Positions 23,638 through 33,395 of a stretch of DNA of 37,527 nucleotides are shown piece after piece; the stretch's first letter is position 1; each line of letters opens with the position of its first letter. The notes beneath the pieces were generated by a model. That model saw only the letters and a program-made list of their open reading frames with translations. It was not told the DNA's origin and did not search any database. This DNA comes from Thermodesulfobacteriota bacterium. Its GTDB lineage: Bacteria; Desulfobacterota; BSN033; UBA1163. The stretch covers positions 1 through 37,527 of the forward strand of contig JBFMAE010000405.1 in assembly GCA_040756085.1 (NCBI GenBank), in the 5' to 3' direction. A program made the translations under genes and the position numbers.

Positions 23638-23903
23638 AAAAGCTACAAAATTTTGAGACCACTTCTTCAACGGGTGCATCCTTCAATCCGGATTTGGATT
23701 GCTTTATCTCCCTATCTTTTTTATCTTCCATCTCCCCTTTCTCCTTCTCCTCATCTCCCGATCCTGCATTCCCTTATTCCTCATTCCTTGGCGGTTTCGT
23801 ACAATTTCTCAGGTTTAAGACATTTTTGGCCAATTTTTGATCAGCTCAATTTCTCCTCTCAGTGAAAAGCCTTATAAATCAAAAAGTTATAAACAAACTC
23901 TTC

Positions 23904-23919
23904 TGGCACAAAAAATGCT
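23904..23919 (+). promoter_or_regulatory. sigma-54-type promoter TGGCACAAAAAATGCT
   Basis: TGGCAC -24 element and TGC -12 element with canonical GG-N10-GC spacing; ~200 nt upstream of the NERD gene on the same strand. Confidence 0.5.
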
Positions 23920-24118
23920 TAATTATTCTCAGCATGATCTATTTCTGGTGTAGTAAGGGCAACCATACAGCAGGTGGGAGGGGATGCTTAGATCGCTCTG
24001 AGGTGAGGTATTGGTTAGTCGGTATTGTTGTTCGTCGGTATCATCCATAAAGAGGTTGGCCCTACCCTATTAACATAGCGCATAACGTGGTGGGCAAAGG
24101 ACATAAAGGAGTGCGCCA

Positions 24119-24907
24119 ATGGAAAAATCAACTTCCAAGTCGCCCCTAAAGGAGCCTCTCCTGAGGCTTCCGGGGCAATCTATGGATGAGCAAATTAATT
24201 GCCTTTTAAATGAGAAGCAGTTTAATTACGCCCTGTTTGCATTCGGTTTCTTCCTCCTCGCCATGGGCGCTTGGATACAAGTCTTCACACACTCTCAGCT
24301 TAATCCGTGGCTATTGGTTGCTGTGGCAATTGTTGTGATTGTGTACTGTGCATTTGCGTTTAGGCAGACCGCAAAGGAGGTACGGCGGCTGAAGTTAGGC
24401 CGGGACGGCGAGAGGGCTGTCGCCGAGCAACTCGATGTGGTAAAAAAGGAAGGTGCTATTGTCTTCCATGACCTGATAGGTGATGGCTTCAACCTCGACC
24501 ATGTCGTCCTATCGAGTCGAGGTGTCTTCGTCGTGGAGACCAAGACGCACACTAAGCCTATTAAAGGGTCACCATCTGTTACCTTTGACGGGAAAACACT
24601 TCTTATTAATGGGCTTGAACCTGAACGTGATCCAGTCTCTCAAGCTGAGGGCAACGCAAGATGGCTTGCCCAAATGCTTCGGGCCACCACCGGAAAGGAT
24701 TTCGCTGTGCGGCCTGTTGTGTTGTTCCCCGGATGGTTTGTAAAACCCTTCCCCAAGGGATCTTCTGTTTGGGTTCTGAATCCCCAAGCCTTGCCGTCAT
24801 TCATTCAACACGAGCCTACCCAGATCAGTGAAAGCGATCTGCACTTGGCCGCCTATCATTTGGCTCGTTACATAAGGACGCGCACTCAGGGCTTCAACCC
24901 GTATTAG
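24119..24907 (+). CDS. NERD (nuclease-related domain) protein with two N-terminal transmembrane helices
   Basis: 262 aa; GRDGERAVAEQL...VFHDL....NLDHVVLSSRGVFVVETKTHTK is the NERD core; two hydrophobic helices at residues ~37-80; AAAGGAG RBS. Confidence 0.85.
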   Translation: MEKSTSKSPLKEPLLRLPGQSMDEQINCLLNEKQFNYALFAFGFFLLAMGAWIQVFTHSQLNPWLLVAVAIVVIVYCAFAFRQTAKEVRRLKLGRDGERAVAEQLDVVKKEGAIVFHDLIGDGFNLDHVVLSSRGVFVVETKTHTKPIKGSPSVTFDGKTLLINGLEPERDPVSQAEGNARWLAQMLRATTGKDFAVRPVVLFPGWFVKPFPKGSSVWVLNPQALPSFIQHEPTQISESDLHLAAYHLARYIRTRTQGFNPY

Positions 24908-25120
24908 TTCTCAATGAGGAGGGGTTACAAGGACAGGGTGTCATCAATAGGAAAGTTGGCCATTTCAAATGCGGAATGTGGATTTAAACTGATTATTTTA
25001 TTATTGAGTTACTCGAAGTAAGAATACATCAAGAGGAAGAGTGCAGAGCGACCATTAGATTTCAGATTTTAGATGGCAGACTTGTCATTTCTCTCCCCTC
25101 CTCAACCAATGCAATAGAGG

Positions 25121-25163
25121 TTGAATTTAAGGGAATATTCTGATATATTTTGATTATCAGAAT
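25121..25163 (+). promoter_or_regulatory. promoter TTGAAT-N17-TATATT overlapped by inverted repeat ATTCTGATA-N9-TATCAGAAT (candidate antitoxin operator)
   Basis: -35 at 25121..25126, -10 at 25144..25149; 9-bp perfect arms at 25137..25145 and 25155..25163; immediately upstream of the AbrB-type gene. Confidence 0.5.
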
Positions 25164-25176
25164 AAGGAGAATTTTT

Positions 25177-25464
25177 ATGGAAAACATTGCTACCGCCCCT
25201 AAATTGGTGCGAGTCAGATCAAGGGGTCAACTCACCATCCCGCAGGATATGAGAGAAGCCTTAAATCTTGATGAGAACACAGGTCTTAACATCTTTCGGG
25301 TTGGCAAGGTATTGATTCTGTCTCCCAAACGCTTGCAACGAGCCTCGTTGGCTAAGGAAGTGGAACGAGAAATGAAACGTCAAGGATTGACCTTGAAAGA
25401 TCTCATTTCAGACCTAAGGGTTCAAAGGGAGAAATACCTTGCAGAAGCCTACCCGGAAGATTAA
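25177..25464 (+). CDS. AbrB/MazE/SpoVT-family antitoxin
   Basis: 95 aa from ATG 25177 (AAGGAG RBS); swapped-hairpin motif RGQLTIPQDMREALNL. Confidence 0.8.
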   Translation: MENIATAPKLVRVRSRGQLTIPQDMREALNLDENTGLNIFRVGKVLILSPKRLQRASLAKEVEREMKRQGLTLKDLISDLRVQREKYLAEAYPED

Positions 25465-25894
25465 GGTTTTTATCGACACCAATGTCCTTATTGCTGGGGT
25501 GAATTCGGTTACTGGGGCATCGGCAACCATCCTGGACTTATGTGAGACAGGAGTTATCCAGATGGTGGTTAGCCAGCAAGTTTTAATTGAAACCGACAGA
25601 AATTTTGCAGCAAAGTTTCCTCAATTGGTTGGCCGTTTCCGTCAGTTCATACACAATTTAGCACCTCTGATGGTTGAGGACTCGACCCCGGAGTCTATAA
25701 AGAAGACGGCCACCATCATTGATCGTAAGGATGCGCCCATTCTGGCTGCAGCGCAGAATGCCAATGTAGATTTTCTGATTACGTTAGATAAGAGGCACTT
25801 TCTCAATCCAAAAACGAGACAGAAAGTGATGTTGAAGGTTGTAAGTCCAATAGAATTCTTACAATCCTTTGAGAGGTTGTTCCTTGAAGAATAA
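25439..25894 (+). CDS. PIN-domain toxin (VapC-like, PIN_3 type)
   Basis: 151 aa; KVFIDTNVLIAG acidic N-terminus, ..DAPILAAA....VDFLITLDKRHF; TTG start with AGGGAG RBS; 26-nt overlap with antitoxin gene. Confidence 0.78.
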   Translation: MQKPTRKIKVFIDTNVLIAGVNSVTGASATILDLCETGVIQMVVSQQVLIETDRNFAAKFPQLVGRFRQFIHNLAPLMVEDSTPESIKKTATIIDRKDAPILAAAQNANVDFLITLDKRHFLNPKTRQKVMLKVVSPIEFLQSFERLFLEE

Positions 25895-25936
25895 ATTGGG
25901 TGTAAAAAAGTCCTGGCGGGGGCGTAGTTAAATTAT

Positions 25937-26974
25937 TTAAGAAACCAGCAAAGAGTCCCTCAGTATTTTTGACACTTCTGCCGTCAGCTCGCAAACCTTT
26001 TCAGCCAAAGGGATATGAAGGGAAGCGATCCCGCAACTGGGAGTAAGGATCGCCCTCTGAAGGAGGGTTTGATCAATTCCATTATTAGAAAGTGTCTCAA
26101 CCCCTTCTTTAAAACGTTTGACCAGACTTTGAGCATCCTCTTTTAACACATCCTCGCTCGTTGGAACGATGCCCCAAGCCAAAATGCCTCCTCGTTCTAA
26201 GAATGCTTCTAATTCTTTTGGATAGAGGGAGAGGTTCTCTAAATAACCATAGGCATCGAAATCGAGGTTCGTCGAAAGGAGCACGCTCCAGTCCGTATTT
26301 CCACAGCAGTGGACACCCTTTAATCCCTTCACGGCATCAAAACATTCATTTAAAGAATGAACGACATCCTCCTGATTCAGGCTTGAAAAGGCAGAGCCCA
26401 ATGAGGAAAGGGAGGGTTCATCAAAAAAGATTATTGTTGGAATTCCAAGAAAAAGGTCGTTGAACCTATTTTCCATCCATCGGGCTTTCAATGAGAGGTG
26501 TTTGACGAGGACGTCCCTTAAGGTGGTATCGTAAAAGATAGATTTTGCTTCTTGATCTGTTAAGGCCAAACCAAAAGTGATGGGCCCTGTAATCTGGCCT
26601 TTGATATATTTTATCTCCTTTCGGTGGCCCTCAGAAGAGAGGTCTTTTAGGATCCGAAGCCCTTTTGCAAAGTCTTCTGTGATTTGAAATGGTTCAAGCT
26701 CACCCTCTTCCAGCCTTTGATAAAATTTCTCGATTTCCTTATCAAAACCATGAGAGGTATCCACCCAAACCCTTTGTCCCTTTTCATTCCATCTTAAGGA
26801 AGGGAATCCCTCAGAGTATTGAACGACCATCCCTTCCAGAAAAGACCGCTTTGGCAGTTGGGGCCAGAAAGGAATGACAGGGAAGCTTTTTAAGATGAGA
26901 CGGAAAACCTCTTTCTCATCCTGATGGGGGAAGGTTCCGATTCCAGTAGTAATGAAAGAGTATTGAAATTCCAT
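25937..26974 (-). CDS. cobalamin-independent methionine synthase (MetE C-terminal)-like / UROD-fold methyltransferase family protein
   Basis: 345 aa; GTFPH.., PFWPQLPKRSF.EGM, IFFDEPSL, HCCGN, TPSCG are consistent with the short MetE-like family; exact activity not inferable. Confidence 0.65.
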   Translation of the reverse strand: MEFQYSFITTGIGTFPHQDEKEVFRLILKSFPVIPFWPQLPKRSFLEGMVVQYSEGFPSLRWNEKGQRVWVDTSHGFDKEIEKFYQRLEEGELEPFQITEDFAKGLRILKDLSSEGHRKEIKYIKGQITGPITFGLALTDQEAKSIFYDTTLRDVLVKHLSLKARWMENRFNDLFLGIPTIIFFDEPSLSSLGSAFSSLNQEDVVHSLNECFDAVKGLKGVHCCGNTDWSVLLSTNLDFDAYGYLENLSLYPKELEAFLERGGILAWGIVPTSEDVLKEDAQSLVKRFKEGVETLSNNGIDQTLLQRAILTPSCGIASLHIPLAEKVCELTAEVSKILRDSLLVS

Positions 26975-27154
26975 AGCTTTTCATAAAGCCATTTCATACA
27001 AAAAGTCAAGGACATTTTGCCCTGCCCATTATAACCCATTGATTATAGGTATAAAACTCGACCCTTGGACTGGATTTAACTCTGTTTTTATAGCAGGGAG
27101 GAAGACGCACTTCCATCGACAAGCTCAGGACACTGAGTCTATTGAGCCGAAGGG

Positions 27155-27183
27155 TTGACAACGGAAGGTTTGATGATTATTTA
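27155..27183 (+). promoter_or_regulatory. possible sigma-70 promoter for groESL (TTGACA-N17-TATTTA)
   Basis: TTGACA 27155..27160, TATTTA 27178..27183; no CIRCE element recognisable. Confidence 0.3.
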
Positions 27184-27220
27184 TTGGGCTGAAATTTTAA
27201 AAGAAGGGAGGTCTGTCTTT

Positions 27221-27508
27221 ATGAAGGTGAAGCCACTTCATGATCGGCTCATGGTCCAGAGACTGGAGGAAGAGGAGAAGACAAAAGGAGGAATCATCAT
27301 CCCTGATACGGCCAAGGAAAAACCGATAGAGGGAAAAGTGATCGCCGTCGGGGCTGGAAGGATCAAGAAGGATGGGACAAAGCTTCCCCTTGAGGTTAAA
27401 AAGGGCGATCGGGTCCTCTATGCAAAATATGCAGGAACCGAGATAAAGATTGATGGGGAAGAGTATCTCATGATGAAAGAGGAGGATATCCTCGCCATCA
27501 TTGAATGA
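27221..27508 (+). CDS. groES: co-chaperonin GroES
   Basis: [43 protein letters not shown]; GGGAGG RBS. Confidence 0.96.
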   Translation: MKVKPLHDRLMVQRLEEEEKTKGGIIIPDTAKEKPIEGKVIAVGAGRIKKDGTKLPLEVKKGDRVLYAKYAGTEIKIDGEEYLMMKEEDILAIIE

Positions 27509-27519
27509 TGGATGAATGA

Positions 27520-29157
<1,638 letters not shown>

Positions 29158-29166
29158 TGAACTCCC

Positions 29167-29452
29167 TCAGATTTCCCTCTCCCCTTTTGGGGCTGTGTCG
29201 TAATCATGATGGAGGGTGGATTCCGCCGGAACAGGCAGTCATGTTCCTCAGCTTTAGAATGCGGTCGTTTAAAGTTATGGGTAATCGGCCTTCTCGGAAA
29301 TTGGATTCTTTTCATGGGCTTGGAGCCCCGAAGCTGAGCAATGAAAGGTTTCCGCTCTAAAGCCTCGTCACCCGACCACCTGTTCCGTGTTGTAACGGAA
29401 ATAGTTTCTTCTTAATTATGACACAGTCTCTTTTGGGGAGAGGGAAATCTGA
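29167..29452. mobile_element. foldback repeat element, copy B (MITE-like, intact terminal inverted repeats)
   Basis: Left end TCAGATTTCCCTCTCCCC....CTGTGTC and right end GACACAG....GGGGAGAGGGAAATCTGA (18 + 7 matching positions); nested internal stems CGGAACAGG/CCTGTTCCG and GCTTTAGA..GCGG/CCGCTCTAAAGC; no conserved ORF. Confidence 0.6.
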
Positions 29453-29504
29453 CTACCGCAGACAGGTGAAGGGGGATCATCCTCTGATCAATTGGATTTA
29501 TTAA

Positions 29505-31229
29505 ATGGAGGATTCCCACCCCATTGTATTACCGGAAGATCCGAAGGAGGCCCATAAGGTCTTCAATACCCTTCCTGTGAAGAGTCAGCTCGAAACCGTC
29601 CTGCAAGCTCGCGGAAAAGAGCGGCTCCATTTTTTATTCCTTTCGGAACATCCAGAACAGCTGGTTCAGCTTCTTCCGGAGATGGAGGTTTTTTTAACCG
29701 TGAAGGAGATCGGGGAGAAGGACAGCCTTCACCTGATCTCGCTCACTACTCCGGAGCAGTTTCAATATCTTCTCGACCTCGATTTCTGGAAAAGGGACCA
29801 ACTGGATCCGGAGAAGGTCCTTCACTGGATGGAGATTCTGCTCGAATCGGGTGAAAAGAAGGTCATCCAATTTATTCATTCATCGGATCCTGAGTTCATC
29901 GCCCTCCTTCTTAAAAAATTTCTTCACGTCACAACCCTTGAGGGGGAACACGTGGAGGTGATGGATCGCCTCTCTCTTTTTACTCTGGATCAATTTTACT
30001 TCGTCGATTTTAGGGGCAAGAGGACCAGAGAGGTGTTTGAGCCTTTCTTGAGAATCCTCTATAGGATCGATGGCGAGGGATATCGAAGATTGATGGAATC
30101 CATCATGTGTGAAATCGAATCAGAACTCGAAGAGACAGGATATCGCTTGAGAAACGGGCGCCTCAATGACTACGGATTTCCGGATTTTGAAGAGGCTTTG
30201 GAGATCTACCGGTTTGTCAACCCCGATTCCCTGAGGAGAGAGGAAAGGCCTCCGCAAGCCATAGGTCCGAGAGAAGGAAAGATAGGAAGTTCCACCTTCT
30301 ACCTCACCTTCCAGAATGAAGGCCCTTTTCTATCCTACATCCTCTCCGGGACGGATGATCCCGACGAAGAGGATCGAGTGAAGCAAGAATTAGCCTCACT
30401 CTGCAATAAAGCAATCGTGGCAGAGGCGATAGATCTTTCCAATATTTCCGCCATGGAGAGGGTAGTAAAAAAGGTTTACCATACTCTGAACCTCGGCCTT
30501 CAATACCTGAGCAGGGAAGAGGAGACGAAGGCATTGGAGACCCTTCGATCCCTTTCCATTCAGAAGATATTTCAATGCGGGGTGAGTACGACGCTTCTTT
30601 TAAGAAGGAAGGCAGAGTCGATTTTGAAAGGCCCCTGGTTTTCAAACGATCAGGAGAATCTCGTTTTTCTGGATCCTCCTCATCTTGAAAGATTTGAAGG
30701 GGTTCTGAAGAAGAGGCCCAGTCTCTATCGAAATGGAAAATTTGAAGACTTTAAGAACCTTCAGGATTTTAAAGAGATAGAGAGTTTTTTAGAGTTAATA
30801 GAAGTCGTTGTCAGTACATTGGGACAGAAGTTCAATGTCTATCCTCTAAGGTTAAAGGACCTGAACCTGAGCGGTTGCCATCCAGAGAGATGGCAAGAGA
30901 TAACGCTCTCCACCATTTTTCTCACTTCTATTGCAAACCAGATCCTCAAGGGAAGGTTTCAATTCGAAGCCATTGAGAAGATTTGCTTGAAAGATCTTTT
31001 CCTCCGGGTCTTTGAAAGAGATGGGGAAGGGAAGGGGGTTGTAAGGATGGAGATCAAAAAAGGGTTAAGAGAGTGGCTCGAGTCCATCGAAGGGGATGAG
31101 AACAAACGGCAGCATCTCAAAGCCTTTAGTGATTTCTGCCTCGACCTATTCGAAGAGCAATACGGAAGCATTTCTCAGGGAGAGGAGGTCGACCCCCGAT
31201 ATGTCAAGGGCCTCCTCATCCGTTCCTGA
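29505..31229 (+). CDS. conserved hypothetical protein, 574 aa, helical, acidic (possibly the family catalogued as DUF6178; N-terminus reminiscent of MgtE-N repeats)
   Basis: Long uninterrupted ORF with normal composition and no competing frame; N-terminal ..LTTPEQFQYLLDLDFWKRDQLDPEKVLHWMEIL.. is the only segment I recognise; family name given from memory only. Confidence 0.6.
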   Translation: MEDSHPIVLPEDPKEAHKVFNTLPVKSQLETVLQARGKERLHFLFLSEHPEQLVQLLPEMEVFLTVKEIGEKDSLHLISLTTPEQFQYLLDLDFWKRDQLDPEKVLHWMEILLESGEKKVIQFIHSSDPEFIALLLKKFLHVTTLEGEHVEVMDRLSLFTLDQFYFVDFRGKRTREVFEPFLRILYRIDGEGYRRLMESIMCEIESELEETGYRLRNGRLNDYGFPDFEEALEIYRFVNPDSLRREERPPQAIGPREGKIGSSTFYLTFQNEGPFLSYILSGTDDPDEEDRVKQELASLCNKAIVAEAIDLSNISAMERVVKKVYHTLNLGLQYLSREEETKALETLRSLSIQKIFQCGVSTTLLLRRKAESILKGPWFSNDQENLVFLDPPHLERFEGVLKKRPSLYRNGKFEDFKNLQDFKEIESFLELIEVVVSTLGQKFNVYPLRLKDLNLSGCHPERWQEITLSTIFLTSIANQILKGRFQFEAIEKICLKDLFLRVFERDGEGKGVVRMEIKKGLREWLESIEGDENKRQHLKAFSDFCLDLFEEQYGSISQGEEVDPRYVKGLLIRS

Positions 31230-31241
31230 TAGTCACAAGAA

Positions 31242-32192
31242 TCATTTACCAGATTGTTCGAGGAATTTGAAAAACTCTCCCTTTGTGGATAAGACCAGCC
31301 AGTCCTTTTCAGAGAGGGTATTCTTATAAGATTCCATGGTCTTCAGAAATTGATAGAAGTTCCTGGACTCACTGTTCTGATTATAAGCCTTCGCGTAGAT
31401 TGCGGTCGCCTCGGCATCGGCTTTTCCCTTGATCTCCTGGGCCGTCCGATACGCCTCGGATTCGATCCTTTTCAGATCCCGTTCTTTATCGCCCAGTATT
31501 TTAGCTGCCTCTCCCTGGCCTTCTGATCTGAACTTATCTGCAATTCGTTTCCGCTCCGTAATCATCCGTTCGTAAATCTTCTTCTGTACTTCATCCACAT
31601 AGTTAATCCGTTTAAAACGGAGGTCGAGCAGTTCGATGCCGAGGACTTTCAGCCGGGGGGATGCGGCTTCGATTACTTCTTTCGTCATTTTATCCCGGCC
31701 CTGTTCAATTTTTATTTTGATTTCAAAATCAAGGAATTCCCCGATATCCTCGCTGATCTCAAATTTCCGGTTGGTCGAGCGGATAATCTCCACAAGATTA
31801 TTGTTGGCCACAACGTTCCGGGTTTCCCCATCCAGGATATCATCCAGACGGCTTTGAGCTCCCCGCTCATCCCGTACCCTCTGGAAGAAAAGCAGGGGAT
31901 CGCTGATTCGCCAGCGGGCATAGGTGTCCACCCAGATAAATCGTTTATCTTTGGTCGGAATCTGATTTGTCGAACCATCCCACTCTAAAAAACGCTTATC
32001 GAAGAAGTTGGCTGTTTGAATGATGGGAATTTTAAAATGGATTCCAGGTTCGATGATTGGATCGCCCACGGGTTTTCCGAACTGGGTAAGAATGACCTGC
32101 TCGGTTTCGTTCACGACAAAAGCGGAAGAGAGGAGGGCGATCAGTCCCAACACCCCAATTACAATTATTATCCAATAGGATAGCCTATTCAT
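31242..32192 (-). CDS. hflC: FtsH protease modulator HflC (SPFH/band-7)
   Basis: Start at Met33 of the ORF (MNRLSYWIIIVIG..), GGAGGGG RBS, 8-nt overlap with hflK stop; FVVNETEQVILTQFGKP.. SPFH domain. Confidence 0.9.
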   Translation of the reverse strand: MNRLSYWIIIVIGVLGLIALLSSAFVVNETEQVILTQFGKPVGDPIIEPGIHFKIPIIQTANFFDKRFLEWDGSTNQIPTKDKRFIWVDTYARWRISDPLLFFQRVRDERGAQSRLDDILDGETRNVVANNNLVEIIRSTNRKFEISEDIGEFLDFEIKIKIEQGRDKMTKEVIEAASPRLKVLGIELLDLRFKRINYVDEVQKKIYERMITERKRIADKFRSEGQGEAAKILGDKERDLKRIESEAYRTAQEIKGKADAEATAIYAKAYNQNSESRNFYQFLKTMESYKNTLSEKDWLVLSTKGEFFKFLEQSGK

Positions 32193-33171
32193 TTTTCTTC
32201 CCCTCCTTCTGGAATTGAAACAGAGGCAGGATGCCGGTTGAATCCTTATCCGTAATGAGTTTTCTTCCCATTTTTGGGAGGATCTCATCCATTGTTTCCA
32301 GATAAATTCTCTGCCGCGTGACTTCCGGAGCCTTTAGGTATTCCTGGAAGACCGCATTGAATTTAACGGCCTCACCACGGGCCTGGTTCACCCGCTCAAT
32401 GGCGTATCCCCGGGCCTCCTCGATAATTTTGGCTGCATCCCCTTTGGCCTTAGGAATGATCTTGTTATATTCAGAGCGGGCTTGATTGATCAGCTTTTCC
32501 CGCTCCTGCTGTGCTTCGTTGACTTCGTTGAAGGCCGGTTTTACCGGATCGGGTGGGTTGACATCCTGTAGCACGATCTGGTCCACTTTGATCCCGGTTT
32601 CATATTGGTCACACAGTTCCTGTAATTTGGTGGTGACGGTATTGGCGATTTCAACCCGACCCACCGTTAATACCTCGTTAATGGAACGGTCACCCACGAC
32701 CTCCCGCACGATCGCCTCATTCATATCCCGAAAGGTCTTGATCGCATTTCTGACCTTGAACAAGAATTTGTAAGGATCTGAAATCCTGAACTGAACGATC
32801 CATTCCACATCAGCAGCATTCAGATCGCCGGTCAACATCAGCGATTCCTCCCGAAAAGCTCGCGGATCATAGGTGGTGCGGATACCAGCGGCTTTAGTTC
32901 TAAAACCGAACTCTTCTTTTAATTGACGTTCAATAGGAACTTTTTTTACGGTCTCAATGCCAAAAGGCAGTTTAAAATTTAACCCAGGGGAGACGGTCCG
33001 TGTAAATTTCCCAAAGCGCTGAATCACCCCAACCTCTTCAGGATTCACAGTAAAAACCGACGAAGCTAAAAAAATGATCACTATGAGACCGATCACAACG
33101 AATCGAATGGTCCTCATCGGGATATGGGGGGGACGGAGTTTCGGAAATTCAAATGATATTTCTCGATCCAT
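32185..33171 (-). CDS. hflK: FtsH protease modulator HflK (SPFH/band-7)
   Basis: 328 aa; TM helix then FTVNPEEVGVIQRFGKFTRTVSPGLNFKLPFGIE; coiled C-terminal half. Confidence 0.9.
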   Translation of the reverse strand: MDREISFEFPKLRPPHIPMRTIRFVVIGLIVIIFLASSVFTVNPEEVGVIQRFGKFTRTVSPGLNFKLPFGIETVKKVPIERQLKEEFGFRTKAAGIRTTYDPRAFREESLMLTGDLNAADVEWIVQFRISDPYKFLFKVRNAIKTFRDMNEAIVREVVGDRSINEVLTVGRVEIANTVTTKLQELCDQYETGIKVDQIVLQDVNPPDPVKPAFNEVNEAQQEREKLINQARSEYNKIIPKAKGDAAKIIEEARGYAIERVNQARGEAVKFNAVFQEYLKAPEVTRQRIYLETMDEILPKMGRKLITDKDSTGILPLFQFQKEGKKNE

Positions 33172-33331
33172 GAAAGGCTCCTCTCTTTCGATGATACGAA
33201 ATTGGCTATATAAAAAATTTTAGAAAGAAAAGGGCCTTTCTGTCAAGGGAAATGATTTTCATGATATCTTAAGGTCTCGATGAAACATAACATTAAGTCT
33301 AAGGGAGTTTTTTGAAGATCCCATGCATTGG

Positions 33332-33361
33332 TTGACCTTTGGAAGGCCTAAAGACTATAAT
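33332..33361 (+). promoter_or_regulatory. sigma-70 promoter for the ABC operon (TTGACC-N18-TATAAT)
   Basis: TTGACC 33332..33337, TATAAT 33356..33361; 35 nt upstream of the ATG with AAAGGAGG RBS between. Confidence 0.45.
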
Positions 33362-33395
33362 GGTTTAATATTTTCAAGAGAAAGGAGGATCGTTT

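Noticed and set aside
23653-24050. Two ORFs (70 and 62 aa) in the MNT-NERD spacer
   Set aside because: These are low-complexity translations of a pyrimidine tract and AT-rich DNA. They have no RBS, and the second would span the sigma-54-like promoter.
26975-27220. CIRCE (HrcA) operator or sigma-32 promoter upstream of groES, and a SAM/B12 riboswitch upstream of the divergent MetE-like gene
   Set aside because: No TTAGCACTC-N9-GAGTGCTAA-like sequence and no CTTGAAA/CCCCAT pair is present. The short hairpins present (CTCAG-gaca-CTGAG, GGAAG-tgcgt-CTTCC) do not resemble any riboswitch core I know.
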